Assembly: GCF_024623725.1 (NCBI RefSeq)
Contig: NZ_JANKHG010000018.1
Span: forward strand, 214,602-246,601
DNA: 32,000 nucleotides
Reading direction: 5' to 3'
From: Limnobacter parvus
GTDB taxonomy: Bacteria; Pseudomonadota; Gammaproteobacteria; Burkholderiales; Burkholderiaceae_B
Shown here: positions 9,016 to 17,521 of the stretch, in pieces
Position numbering within the stretch: position 1 is the stretch's first letter
Layout of the letters: each line of letters begins with the position of its first letter
Made by a program: the position numbers and the translations under genes
The notes under the pieces: model-generated
What the model was told of the DNA's origin: nothing
The model's database searches: none
The model's input: the letters and a program-made list of their open reading frames with translations, nothing else

Positions 9016-9339
9016 ATGATGCGAAGACCTACCCCCACACTCGCCGCACTGACTTTGGCTTTGTTGCTTGGATTGCCCGCATACGCGCTGGCGGATGACG
9101 ATGGAAGACGCAGCGCGGAAATTATTAAGACTTTTGACCTGATCAGCGCTGATCAGGCCCGAGCAATTGCGTTGAAAGAAGCGCCAGGCGTTGTGACGGA
9201 ATTGGAGCTGGATGACCGCGATTACGCCAAAGGCTGGAAATGGGAAGTTGAAGTTGTGGATGCTGACGGACGTGAAGTTGAAGTCGATCTGGATGCAAAA
9301 ACTGGCAAGGTATTAAAAATCGACAAAGACTGGTTCTAG
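9016..9339 (+). CDS. Secreted PepSY-domain protein
   Basis: Signal peptide 'MMRRPTPTLAALTLALLLGLPAYALA'. PepSY-like 'ISADQARAIALKEAPGVVTELELD...WEVEVVDADGREVEVDLDAKTGKVL'. AGGAGA at 9004-9009 precedes the ATG at 9016. Confidence 0.8.
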   Translation: MMRRPTPTLAALTLALLLGLPAYALADDDGRRSAEIIKTFDLISADQARAIALKEAPGVVTELELDDRDYAKGWKWEVEVVDADGREVEVDLDAKTGKVLKIDKDWF

Positions 9340-10646
9340 GTCAGTGTCCCGGGCTTGAAGGTGATAGTCGCGACGAGCCCGGGGTTGTTGTTCTTGAATT
9401 CAAGCACAGCGTTGTAACTGCCTGCAATGTCTTGCGCAATGGCCAGGCCCAACCCGCTCCCAGGGGTATTTTCATCTGCGCGAAAACCCCGCTGGGCCAA
9501 AGTTGGCAAAGAGTCTTCGGGACAACCGGGGCCGTCATCTGCAACAATCAGGGTGCTGCCACTGAGCGAAATATGAACCTGGAGGGCTGCCCATTTTGAT
9601 GCATTGTCAATCAAGTTTCCAAACAATTCGAACAGGTCCTCGCGGTCGCCGAGCATGCGTGCGGACGTTGGCACATTCACAACAAATCGCAGATTCTTCT
9701 CTCTGTAAATTGCTTTGCAACTATTCACCAAGGCTTGAATTATTTCAGCCAAATCCACGCGTTGTCCCGGGCGCAAATCGCCCACCACACGCACTCGAGC
9801 GGTTTCGCGATCGATCAGTCGTGCAATTTCGAGGGTCATGGCATCGACTTCGGTTGAAAAACCAGAGCGATCATTGTCCCCGCTCAGTTGTGTGAGCCGG
9901 GCGAGACGAGTTTTCAAGGCATGCGCCAAATTACCCATGCTTTCACGCGAGCGTTTTAGACGTTGATCAATGGCTGTCAACAAACGATTCAACTCATCCA
10001 CCAAAGGTTTTATTTCATCCGGGCCGTGGAATTGAAGCTGCGTAATTTCACCCTGTCGCAGGCGGGCCATCGCAATTTGTACCGCCTTCAAAGGCTTTAA
10101 AGTACTTACAACAATCCACCTTTGAATCAGCACCAAGGCCAGCAAAAACAATCCGGAAAAGCCCGCGTTTGCCCACTGGTAATTCATCAGGTTGTTCTGA
10201 AGTGGGGTGATGTCTCTGGCAATCGCAATGGTGAATTGTTGGTTGTCTTTCTGATAGTTTCGGGTGTAAACCAGCAATTGCTGACCATCTGGACCAGCTT
10301 GTCGTGAGGTGGATGCTGGCGCACCTCTAGGCTGGGGCATTGCAAATGTTGCGTCCCACAACGAGCGGGAATACTGAGTGTCCGCAGCAAATTTCAATGC
10401 ATGGTAGTGCCCCGAGTAAGGTTGTTGGTAAGCGGGTACCAAACGACTTGAACTTAAGCTTAGCTTTCCTGCAGCATCAAACTCAACTCCGGCAAGCAGC
10501 ACTTCACTGTCTTGCTGCAGTTGATCAAGCAACTGGTTCTCAAGCAGTCTTTCAATGGCTTTGGATGAAAACCACCATTGCGCAAACAAAAGTACCAGAA
10601 GACTGAGAATCAGCCCCGAGGACAAACGTTTTTGAAGTGAGTTCAT
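9336..10646 (-). CDS. Two-component sensor histidine kinase (2 TM, periplasmic sensor, HAMP, HisKA, HATPase_c)
   Basis: H-box 'MGNLAHALKTRLARL'. 'FGNLIDNASKWA', 'DDGPGCP' and 'GSGLGLAIAQDI'. A 4-nt overlap with the upstream response-regulator gene. Confidence 0.9.
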   Translation of the reverse strand: MNSLQKRLSSGLILSLLVLLFAQWWFSSKAIERLLENQLLDQLQQDSEVLLAGVEFDAAGKLSLSSSRLVPAYQQPYSGHYHALKFAADTQYSRSLWDATFAMPQPRGAPASTSRQAGPDGQQLLVYTRNYQKDNQQFTIAIARDITPLQNNLMNYQWANAGFSGLFLLALVLIQRWIVVSTLKPLKAVQIAMARLRQGEITQLQFHGPDEIKPLVDELNRLLTAIDQRLKRSRESMGNLAHALKTRLARLTQLSGDNDRSGFSTEVDAMTLEIARLIDRETARVRVVGDLRPGQRVDLAEIIQALVNSCKAIYREKNLRFVVNVPTSARMLGDREDLFELFGNLIDNASKWAALQVHISLSGSTLIVADDGPGCPEDSLPTLAQRGFRADENTPGSGLGLAIAQDIAGSYNAVLEFKNNNPGLVATITFKPGTLT

Positions 10647-11311
10647 TCAGAGGGCTCGCTGAATACGTAGCCTTGACCCTTGCGGGTTTGTATCCAGTGC
10701 GGACCGATTTTTTTTCGCAGCCGATTGACATACACTTCCATTACATTGCTGTCTTTGTCAGCGTCGTATTCATACACATGTTCAGTCAATCGCGTTTTGC
10801 TCAAAGGTTGGCCTGGGTGCATCATGAAATAGCGAAGCAGTCGAAATTCGGTGGCCGTCAGTTGTTGAGGTTCTTCATTGCCGACTTTCACGGTTTGTAG
10901 TGTTTCGTCGAGCAACAATCCTTTGGCCTTCAATGACTCCGGTGCTGTGCCCACGGCCCGCTTCAGCACGGCACTGATTCGGGCCAGTAATTCCTCGATT
11001 TGAAATGGTTTTGACACATAATCATCTGCCCCAGCATTGAAACCATCCACTTTTTCTTGCCAGGTACCACGCGCCGTCAGCACGATCACAGGCAACTTCA
11101 AGCCTTGCGCTCGCCAACTTTTTAATACCTCCAATCCTGGTTTTCCAGGCAAACCCAGATCAAGCACAGCCAAATCGTATGGTTCGATGCGGCCTTGTGC
11201 CTCGGCCTCAATGCCATCTTGTATCCAATCTGCAGCATAACCAGACTTGCCAAGTTGTTTGTGCAGCTGCCCGCCAATCAACACATCGTCCTCAACCAGC
11301 AACAATCGCAT
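10643..11311 (-). CDS. OmpR/PhoB-family response regulator
   Basis: Receiver 'MRLLLVEDD...LAVLDLGLPG...DDYVSKPF'. Winged-helix 'LTATEFRLLRYFMMHPGQPLSKTRLTEHVY...NVMEVYVNRLRKKI'. Confidence 0.92.
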   Translation of the reverse strand: MRLLLVEDDVLIGGQLHKQLGKSGYAADWIQDGIEAEAQGRIEPYDLAVLDLGLPGKPGLEVLKSWRAQGLKLPVIVLTARGTWQEKVDGFNAGADDYVSKPFQIEELLARISAVLKRAVGTAPESLKAKGLLLDETLQTVKVGNEEPQQLTATEFRLLRYFMMHPGQPLSKTRLTEHVYEYDADKDSNVMEVYVNRLRKKIGPHWIQTRKGQGYVFSEPSE

Positions 11312-11316
11312 GACTT

Positions 11317-11634
11317 TTAATCGTCCTGTTCCAGTTCAAGCAAACGACCTGTGCGCGCATCAAATTCCATTTCCCACACCCGCCCATTGGCATCCAGCAA
11401 TTCTATTTCATAAATGTATCGACCATCATCGTCGTCAAGCTCAGCATCCAGAATGCGGCCTCGCTTGACGGCACGCGCTCGGTCAAAAATTTGCTCTAGT
11501 GAAAGGATTTCGCCACTGCGCTGCAGTTGGCGGATGCGTTGATGGTCATCATCGGCATACACAGTGGAGACCATGGCTGTAATGCCGATGGCAAATAGTG
11601 TGACAATGATCAAAGTGCTGGAATTGGCTTTCAT
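11317..11634 (-). CDS. Secreted PepSY-domain protein, first gene of the PepSY-RR-HK unit
   Basis: Signal or anchor sequence 'MKANSSTLIIVTLFAIGITAMVSTVYA'. 'GEILSLEQIFDRARAVKRGRILDAELDDDDGRYIYEIELLDANGRVWEMEFDARTGRLL'. It ends 5 nt before the response-regulator start. Confidence 0.8.
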   Translation of the reverse strand: MKANSSTLIIVTLFAIGITAMVSTVYADDDHQRIRQLQRSGEILSLEQIFDRARAVKRGRILDAELDDDDGRYIYEIELLDANGRVWEMEFDARTGRLLELEQDD

Positions 11635-11644
11635 GATGCTACCA

Positions 11645-11662
11645 ATTTACCTGATTTACCTG
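11645..11662. repeat. Perfect tandem 9-mer (ATTTACCTG x2; CAGGTAAAT x2 on the minus strand) in the 37-nt gap before the PepSY gene
   Basis: Read directly: 11645-11653 and 11654-11662 are identical. Confidence 0.9.
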
Positions 11663-11672
11663 AATTGAAGCT
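11661..11672 (-). promoter_or_regulatory. 12-nt motif AGCTTCAATTCA (minus strand) upstream of the PepSY gene at 11634 (copy 2 of 2)
   Basis: Plus-strand tgaattgaagct is the reverse complement of AGCTTCAATTCA. It abuts the stop codon of the DMT gene. Confidence 0.4.
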
Positions 11673-12520
11673 TAAAAGCGCAACACAACCAAACCACTCA
11701 CGATGGTGGCCGAAGCTGCCAAGCGCATTTTCCAGTGTGCGTTTTCCTTGAACAGGAAAATGGAGGCCAGCGTGGCCAACACAATGCCTGCATTGGTAAA
11801 AGCCACCACCACGGCGGCGGGCATGCTGCGCATTGCGGCAATCACGAGCACATAAGCCAAGCCCACGCACAAACCACCCACAGCGATAACCCACAACGGC
11901 GGGCGCTGTGCGGGTACCCAACGGCCACTGCTAAATTTCATTTCGAAAGTAAGCACCAGCCATGCTGCGAAATAGCCAATTGAAACGAAGCCCAACAGTC
12001 CACTGAAACTTTCAATGTGGGCTGTAGCGGCTTTGTCGCTCAGCGAATACACGCTGGTGCACAGCATGGCCAGAAACGCCCAAGGCAAGGCGGCTTTGTT
12101 GGCACTGCCACGCCCCGTGTCGGCCAGCAAAGCCAGCCCAAGTACACTGATACCGATGCCAAGCCATGCGGCAAGGCTGAGGTGTTGGTCGAACAACCAA
12201 AGACCCCACAGGGCGATTAGCAAGGGCGAACTGCGCACCAGTGGATACACCAAGGCAACAGGTGCGTGGTCATAGGCCTTTTTCAAACCCAGAAAGTACA
12301 AGGCATTTGCAGTGGCGGAAATGGCAGCCACCGCCATGAATTCAGATGTGAATTCAGTGTGCTGAAATAGATGGTACAAACCCCAGGGCGCAAGCAGAAC
12401 CAGGTGCCCAATCAACACCCACCACAGCACATAGCGTGCTTTGGGCTGTTGGCGCGCCATGAGATTCCACACCACATGCATGCACACTGACAAGACGATG
12501 AACAACGCAGCTTGGGTCAT
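11672..12520 (-). CDS. DMT/EamA-like 10-TM membrane transporter, last gene of the phn operon
   Basis: A 282-aa polytopic protein with 'YPLVRSSPLLIALWGLWLF' and 'AFTNAGIVLATLASIFLFKE', both EamA-like. Its start overlaps the phnP stop by 4 nt. Confidence 0.65.
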   Translation of the reverse strand: MTQAALFIVLSVCMHVVWNLMARQQPKARYVLWWVLIGHLVLLAPWGLYHLFQHTEFTSEFMAVAAISATANALYFLGLKKAYDHAPVALVYPLVRSSPLLIALWGLWLFDQHLSLAAWLGIGISVLGLALLADTGRGSANKAALPWAFLAMLCTSVYSLSDKAATAHIESFSGLLGFVSIGYFAAWLVLTFEMKFSSGRWVPAQRPPLWVIAVGGLCVGLAYVLVIAAMRSMPAAVVVAFTNAGIVLATLASIFLFKENAHWKMRLAASATIVSGLVVLRF

Positions 12521-13284
12521 TGCAAATCAATAATGGCGTTGTCACAGGCCACATTCACACCAGCAGGCAGCACCGGGTTGGTGTCGATTTGCCAAGTGTC
12601 GCTGCGATGGCCAATGTGGGTTAGCCAAGCGCGGGTGGGTTTGATTTGTTCAATCAATTCCAACGCCTGGTTCCAGTGGTTGTGATTGCCGGGTGCGTGG
12701 TCGGCATTGCTTGGCGGCGGGGCTGTTGCATCAATGGCCATACCATGCAGTGCATTTTGCTGCAGCATGGCCAGCGTTTCGGGCGGCAGGCCCGCTGTGT
12801 CGGTGAGGTAAGCAAAACGCACGCCTTGCTGGTTTTCAATCAGATATCCAAAGGTGACTTTGGAATGAATCAGCGGCAGCGGCGTGAAAGTAAGCGAACC
12901 GATTTGAAAGGGCTCGAACTTGGCCTGGGGCCTGAATTCAAGAATACCCGGGTGCTTGAACAAGTCGGCACAGCCTTCGGAATCGGGCGGGCAATACACG
13001 GGCACGTGGCCTGAAACACCCCAACGCAAATGAAACAAACCCTGCACATGGTCGGGGTGAAAATGAGTGAGAACAATCGCGCTGTAGCTGCCCATGGGGA
13101 AACGTTCATGCAGGTTCATCAAACCTGCGTCCAACACCACGCGGGTGTCGCCATCTTCAATGTAGGCAGAACAAGGTCTGCGAACAAACACAGGGTTGGC
13201 AAGCGCTCTTTCACACGCAAGGCAGTTGCAACCATAGCGGGGCACTCCACCTGCTGCGCCCGTTCCCAAATAAGTTACTCGCAC
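12517..13284 (-). CDS. phnP: Phosphoribosyl 1,2-cyclic phosphate phosphodiesterase PhnP (metallo-beta-lactamase fold)
   Basis: 'LTHFHPDHVQGL' is the HxHxDH motif. N-terminal Cys cluster 'YGCNCLAC'. Position after phnN. Confidence 0.9.
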   Translation of the reverse strand: MRVTYLGTGAAGGVPRYGCNCLACERALANPVFVRRPCSAYIEDGDTRVVLDAGLMNLHERFPMGSYSAIVLTHFHPDHVQGLFHLRWGVSGHVPVYCPPDSEGCADLFKHPGILEFRPQAKFEPFQIGSLTFTPLPLIHSKVTFGYLIENQQGVRFAYLTDTAGLPPETLAMLQQNALHGMAIDATAPPPSNADHAPGNHNHWNQALELIEQIKPTRAWLTHIGHRSDTWQIDTNPVLPAGVNVACDNAIIDLQ

Positions 13285-13841
13285 AATGTCACCTTGCTGT
13301 GTTGTTCAATCAAATCCACCAGCGCGGCACCTGCGTGTTCAAGCGCGCCATTGTTGTGGATCACAATGCCTTTCGGATGACTAAGTTGCAGAATCCGGTT
13401 TCGATTCATTCGCGTGTCAATTTCGGCTTCGCTTTCGCGAGCACGGTCCATTAACCGTTGTTTCAAAATATCCGGTGTCACCTCAATCGTGATTGCAAGC
13501 AGTTCAGGATAATTTTTCATGGCTTGCAGCAGGTACTCGCGCGATCCGTTCACTACAACAGTAATGCCTTTGCTTAGCCATTGGTTGACCTCGGTGCCAA
13601 TGCCATACCCGTTGCCGTGGCTTTGCCAGTGCATGGCAAACAAGCCTGCCTGCACGCGTGCCTTGAATTCAGCTTCGGTCAAAGCGATGTGATTTTCACC
13701 CCCCGCATGGGCAGGCCTTGTGATGTAACGGTGCGCGAACTGCACCATGGGCTGGCCCGCCAACTGAGTGCGGGCATAGGCCATCACAGAATCTTTTCCG
13801 CTGCCGCTGGGGCCAACCACGTAAACAAGGCGGTTAGACAA
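13275..13841 (-). CDS. phnN: Ribose 1,5-bisphosphate phosphokinase PhnN
   Basis: P-loop 'VVGPSGSGKDS', guanylate-kinase-like, 188 aa. It overlaps phnM and phnP. Confidence 0.9.
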   Translation of the reverse strand: MSNRLVYVVGPSGSGKDSVMAYARTQLAGQPMVQFAHRYITRPAHAGGENHIALTEAEFKARVQAGLFAMHWQSHGNGYGIGTEVNQWLSKGITVVVNGSREYLLQAMKNYPELLAITIEVTPDILKQRLMDRARESEAEIDTRMNRNRILQLSHPKGIVIHNNGALEHAGAALVDLIEQHSKVTLCE

Positions 13842-15033
13842 GCGAATGCTCCGAATGATGTTGCGCAGCAGTACTGTGGTTCAAGTTGGCAAATTGCGCA
13901 CTGAATACCGGTTTGCCCGCCACCCACACACGTTCCACTTGGGGCAAGTTGTCGGGGTGGGCCACTGCGATTAAATCAGCACGCTTGCCCACGGCAATTT
14001 GGCCACGGTCGTTCAAGCCCGCAGCGCGTGCCGGGTTCAAGGTAACCAGCGCCACAGCGTCGCTGATTGAAATACCTCCCAGTGCCGGCAAAGCCAGTGC
14101 AGCGGGTAGCAAGGCGGCGGGGGAATAATCGCCACACAGGCAGTCGGCCACACCATTGATCACAGCATCAAGCGCGCGCATGGAACCCGATTGCGATTTG
14201 CCGCGCAAAATATTCGGTGCGCCGAACAAGGTGGCCAGGCCTTTGGCCTTGGCGGCCTGCGCGGTTTCAAGGTTGATCGGGAATTCGGAGATAACTGCAC
14301 CGAGGCTGTGAACAATGTCCACTTTTTCGGGGCTGTCGTCGTCGTGGCTGGCAATGGAAACACCATGCGCTTTTGCAACAGCGGCCAGTGCTTCCATGCG
14401 GGCAGTGGCACCCTGCGCAGCCTGCATTTTCTGGGCAAGAATAGCGTCGAATTCTTCATCGCTTTTCTTGTAGGTTTTGCCCAGATAATTTCGATACGCT
14501 TCAACGCTTTTGAACTGGCCCTGGCCCGGTGTGTGGTCCATGAATGAAATCAAATGTGCATCGCCATGCACCAGCAAGTCGGTAAGTACATTCACCGCGG
14601 TTTCATCGGTGACCTCGTAACGGGCGTGTACGCGGTTGTCGACCAATGCATATTGTTGCCAGGCATGCACGGCGCGCGCCAATTCTGCAGCGAAGGTGTT
14701 GTTGCGCACACCCAGCTCATGGTTGGCAAAAGAAAGCGAATGGTAAATGGTGGTAACACCCGCTGCTGCATTGCGTTTGTCGGCTTGTGCACAGGCAAAG
14801 TTCACGGGAAAGTGCACACCGGGGCGCGGCTCCACTTCTTTTTCCAGTGCATCACAATGCAAGTCGACCAAGCCGGGCATCAGCAAGGCACCTTTCAAAT
14901 CAATTACCGTTGCGCCGGTGGTGTTCACCGGGTCGATTGATGTGATCACACCGTTTTCAATCAGCACTGCGGTGTTGTTAAATACACCGTGGGGCAACAC
15001 CACGCGGGCGTTGGTCAATAGTTGCTTGGTCAT
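13834..15033 (-). CDS. phnM: Alpha-D-ribose 1-methylphosphonate 5-triphosphate diphosphatase PhnM (amidohydrolase fold)
   Basis: 'PGLVDLHCDALE' metal-binding motif, 399 aa. Position between phnL and phnN. Confidence 0.9.
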   Translation of the reverse strand: MTKQLLTNARVVLPHGVFNNTAVLIENGVITSIDPVNTTGATVIDLKGALLMPGLVDLHCDALEKEVEPRPGVHFPVNFACAQADKRNAAAGVTTIYHSLSFANHELGVRNNTFAAELARAVHAWQQYALVDNRVHARYEVTDETAVNVLTDLLVHGDAHLISFMDHTPGQGQFKSVEAYRNYLGKTYKKSDEEFDAILAQKMQAAQGATARMEALAAVAKAHGVSIASHDDDSPEKVDIVHSLGAVISEFPINLETAQAAKAKGLATLFGAPNILRGKSQSGSMRALDAVINGVADCLCGDYSPAALLPAALALPALGGISISDAVALVTLNPARAAGLNDRGQIAVGKRADLIAVAHPDNLPQVERVWVAGKPVFSAQFANLNHSTAAQHHSEHSLV

Positions 15034-15740
15034 GCGTGTAACTCCAATGTGTTGCGTGCCATGGCCAGTTCAACCACGTTGTCGGCCAAGCGATCAACAA
15101 GTTCCGGGTGGTGAAAAATAGCCAACATGGCCACGCCGTCTTGTTTAATGTGGTTCAGTAAATCAACCACGCGGTCGGTGGTGTCGGGGTCTAGGCTGGC
15201 AGTGGGTTCGTCCAGCAACAACAAACGTGGCTTGGCAATCAAGCCCCGAGCCAAGTTCACGCGCTGCTTTTCACCGCCAGAAAATGTGGCAGGTGGCACA
15301 TTCCACAAACGTTCAGGCACATTCAAGGTGTTGAGTAGTTCGCGTGCTTTTTCGCGCGCAGTATTTGCACTTTCACCCTGGCGCAGCATTGGTGCCGCCA
15401 CAATATCGATGGCGGCCTTGCGGGGCAGGCAGTGCAAGAATTGGGTTACAAAGCCAATGTCGCGTTCGCGAAGCTGCAGCATTTCGCTTTCACTGGCCGT
15501 GCACAAATCAATGGTGCTGCCATCTTCTTGCGTGAACAGAATGCTGCCACTGCTGGGCAAATAGGTTCGGTAAACGCACTTCAATACCGACGATTTTCCC
15601 GCGCCTGTGGGGCCCACCAGTGCGGTCAGCTCGCCCGTGGTTGCAGTTAAATTCACATGGCTGCACGATGGTATTTGCACGCCCTGTTCATGCAGGGTGA
15701 AGTGCTTGCCCAGGCTGTTGATTTCAAGAATTGGGTTCAT
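15030..15740 (-). CDS. phnL: C-P lyase system ATP-binding protein PhnL
   Basis: Walker A 'GPTGAGKSS', signature 'FSGGEKQR', Walker B 'LLLLDEPTASLD'. No partner permease. Operon position. Confidence 0.9.
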   Translation of the reverse strand: MNPILEINSLGKHFTLHEQGVQIPSCSHVNLTATTGELTALVGPTGAGKSSVLKCVYRTYLPSSGSILFTQEDGSTIDLCTASESEMLQLRERDIGFVTQFLHCLPRKAAIDIVAAPMLRQGESANTAREKARELLNTLNVPERLWNVPPATFSGGEKQRVNLARGLIAKPRLLLLDEPTASLDPDTTDRVVDLLNHIKQDGVAMLAIFHHPELVDRLADNVVELAMARNTLELHA

Positions 15741-15755
15741 GTTCTCTGCAAGCCT

Positions 15756-16598
15756 TTACAAGGCAGAAGCCACCAGCCGCTGCGTGTATGCATGCTGGGG
15801 GTCTTCAAGAATTTGATCGGTCAGTCCGGTTTCAATCACGCGGCCATACTTCATCACTATGGCGCGGCTGGTCAATAGGCGAATCACGCCCAGGTCGTGT
15901 GTTACCACCACCATGGCGGTTTTCAACTCTTGCTGAATTTCAAGAATCAAATCCAGAATACGGGCCTGAACAGACAGGTCCAGGCCGGTGGTGACTTCAT
16001 CCAGAAACAGCAAAGGGGGTTGAGTGGCCAAAGCCTTCGCAATTTGTACGCGCTGTTGCATGCCACCTGAAAACTTCTTGGGCGAATCATCAATTCGATC
16101 AGCGAGCACCTCGGTGCGTGCCAACAAATCAAGCGCGCGTTCACGAATGGCTTTGTAATTTACCAAATCGCTCATCAACAAACGTTCGGCAATATTGCCA
16201 CCCGCAGACACATTGAAATTCAGCCCCAGATGCGGGTTTTGATACACCATGCCAAAGCGGTGGTTGCGCAGCCAACGGCGTTGCGCGGCGTTCAGTTCAA
16301 ACAGGTTCCAGGCAAAGTTGTCTTCGTCGGGGCTCTCGAGAAACTGTGCCGATCCGCGGGTGGGCTCTTCATCAAAAAACAGGGTTTTCACCACGGTTGA
16401 TTTTCCACTGCCCGATTCACCCATGATGCCCAGAATTTCCCCGGGGTGAAGATCGAAACTGACATCATGCGCAGCCACCACCGAACCACACCAACTGCAA
16501 ATATTGGTTTCATGCTCGGGGCCTGTGGTCTCGATGCATTTGGAGCAGCCACGGCCATGAATTTTGCTCAAGCCCTGCACGCGAAGAATGGGTTTCAT
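15756..16598 (-). CDS. phnK: C-P lyase system ATP-binding protein PhnK
   Basis: 'GESGSGKST', 'FSGGMQQR' and 'LLFLDEVTTGLD'. A 4-nt overlap with phnJ. Confidence 0.9.
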   Translation of the reverse strand: MKPILRVQGLSKIHGRGCSKCIETTGPEHETNICSWCGSVVAAHDVSFDLHPGEILGIMGESGSGKSTVVKTLFFDEEPTRGSAQFLESPDEDNFAWNLFELNAAQRRWLRNHRFGMVYQNPHLGLNFNVSAGGNIAERLLMSDLVNYKAIRERALDLLARTEVLADRIDDSPKKFSGGMQQRVQIAKALATQPPLLFLDEVTTGLDLSVQARILDLILEIQQELKTAMVVVTHDLGVIRLLTSRAIVMKYGRVIETGLTDQILEDPQHAYTQRLVASAL

Positions 16599-17521
16599 GC
16601 GTTGGCTCCTTCAGGGTGCTGCACTTTCAAGGCCAACTGGTCGTTGCAGTAATCGCTGTCTGAACACTGAAATTGCCGCTGGCCCTGCTCGCTGATGACT
16701 TCATCAAGAAAGCTGTTGGTGCAACCGCAGCGCATGCAGGCGTGGCGCTTGCCTTTTGAATCCACAAAGTTTTCAATGCGGAAAGGCATGTCTTCAAACG
16801 CCAGCGGCACTGCGCTTGTGTAGGGCGGCACGGCATAAATTTTCTTTTCCCGGCCAGCACCCAGCAAAATCAGATTGGGCGAATGGTGCAAACGGGGCAC
16901 GTCATAACGCGGAATCGGGCTGGGGTCGATTACATAATGTCCATTGATTTTGGTGGGGTAGCGATGCGAAATGGTAATTTCATTGAACTGAACAATGTCT
17001 TCATACAGCTTGGTCAGCAAGCGTGAATAATCGCCTTCGCCATGCATGGTTTTGCGTTTTTCCTCGGATGCTTCAACCACCACCAGCGGGTCGGGGTAGG
17101 GCACTTGCAGCACCAGCACCTGGTCTTCGCGCAACAGCACTTCGGGTATGCGGTGGCGCGATTGAATAATGGTGGCTTGCACGGTGCGCTCGGTGGTGGA
17201 CACACCGGGACAAGTCAATTCCACAAAGTGGCGCAGGTTGACCGCATTCACGGAATCGTCGGCACCCTGATCAATTACCTTCAGTGTGTCGCTTTGCCCG
17301 ATCAAGGACAGCGTAAGCTGCAAACCACCCGTACCAAAACCACGGCCCATTGGCATTTCACGGCTGGCATAGGGTGTTTGATAACCGGGTATGGCAATCG
17401 CTTTCAGAATGGTACGGCGCACTTCGCGCTTGGCGTATTCATCCAGAAAACCAAAATTGTAGGCAGCCCCATCAAGCATGTCGCTGTCTGCCTCTTGGAT
17501 GGGCAGTTCATAGTGGCGCAT
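16595..17521 (-). CDS. phnJ: Alpha-D-ribose 1-methylphosphonate 5-phosphate C-P lyase PhnJ
   Basis: A 308-aa protein with the C-terminal four-Cys cluster 'HACMRCGC...FQCSDSDYC' characteristic of PhnJ. Operon position. Confidence 0.92.
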   Translation of the reverse strand: MRHYELPIQEADSDMLDGAAYNFGFLDEYAKREVRRTILKAIAIPGYQTPYASREMPMGRGFGTGGLQLTLSLIGQSDTLKVIDQGADDSVNAVNLRHFVELTCPGVSTTERTVQATIIQSRHRIPEVLLREDQVLVLQVPYPDPLVVVEASEEKRKTMHGEGDYSRLLTKLYEDIVQFNEITISHRYPTKINGHYVIDPSPIPRYDVPRLHHSPNLILLGAGREKKIYAVPPYTSAVPLAFEDMPFRIENFVDSKGKRHACMRCGCTNSFLDEVISEQGQRQFQCSDSDYCNDQLALKVQHPEGANA

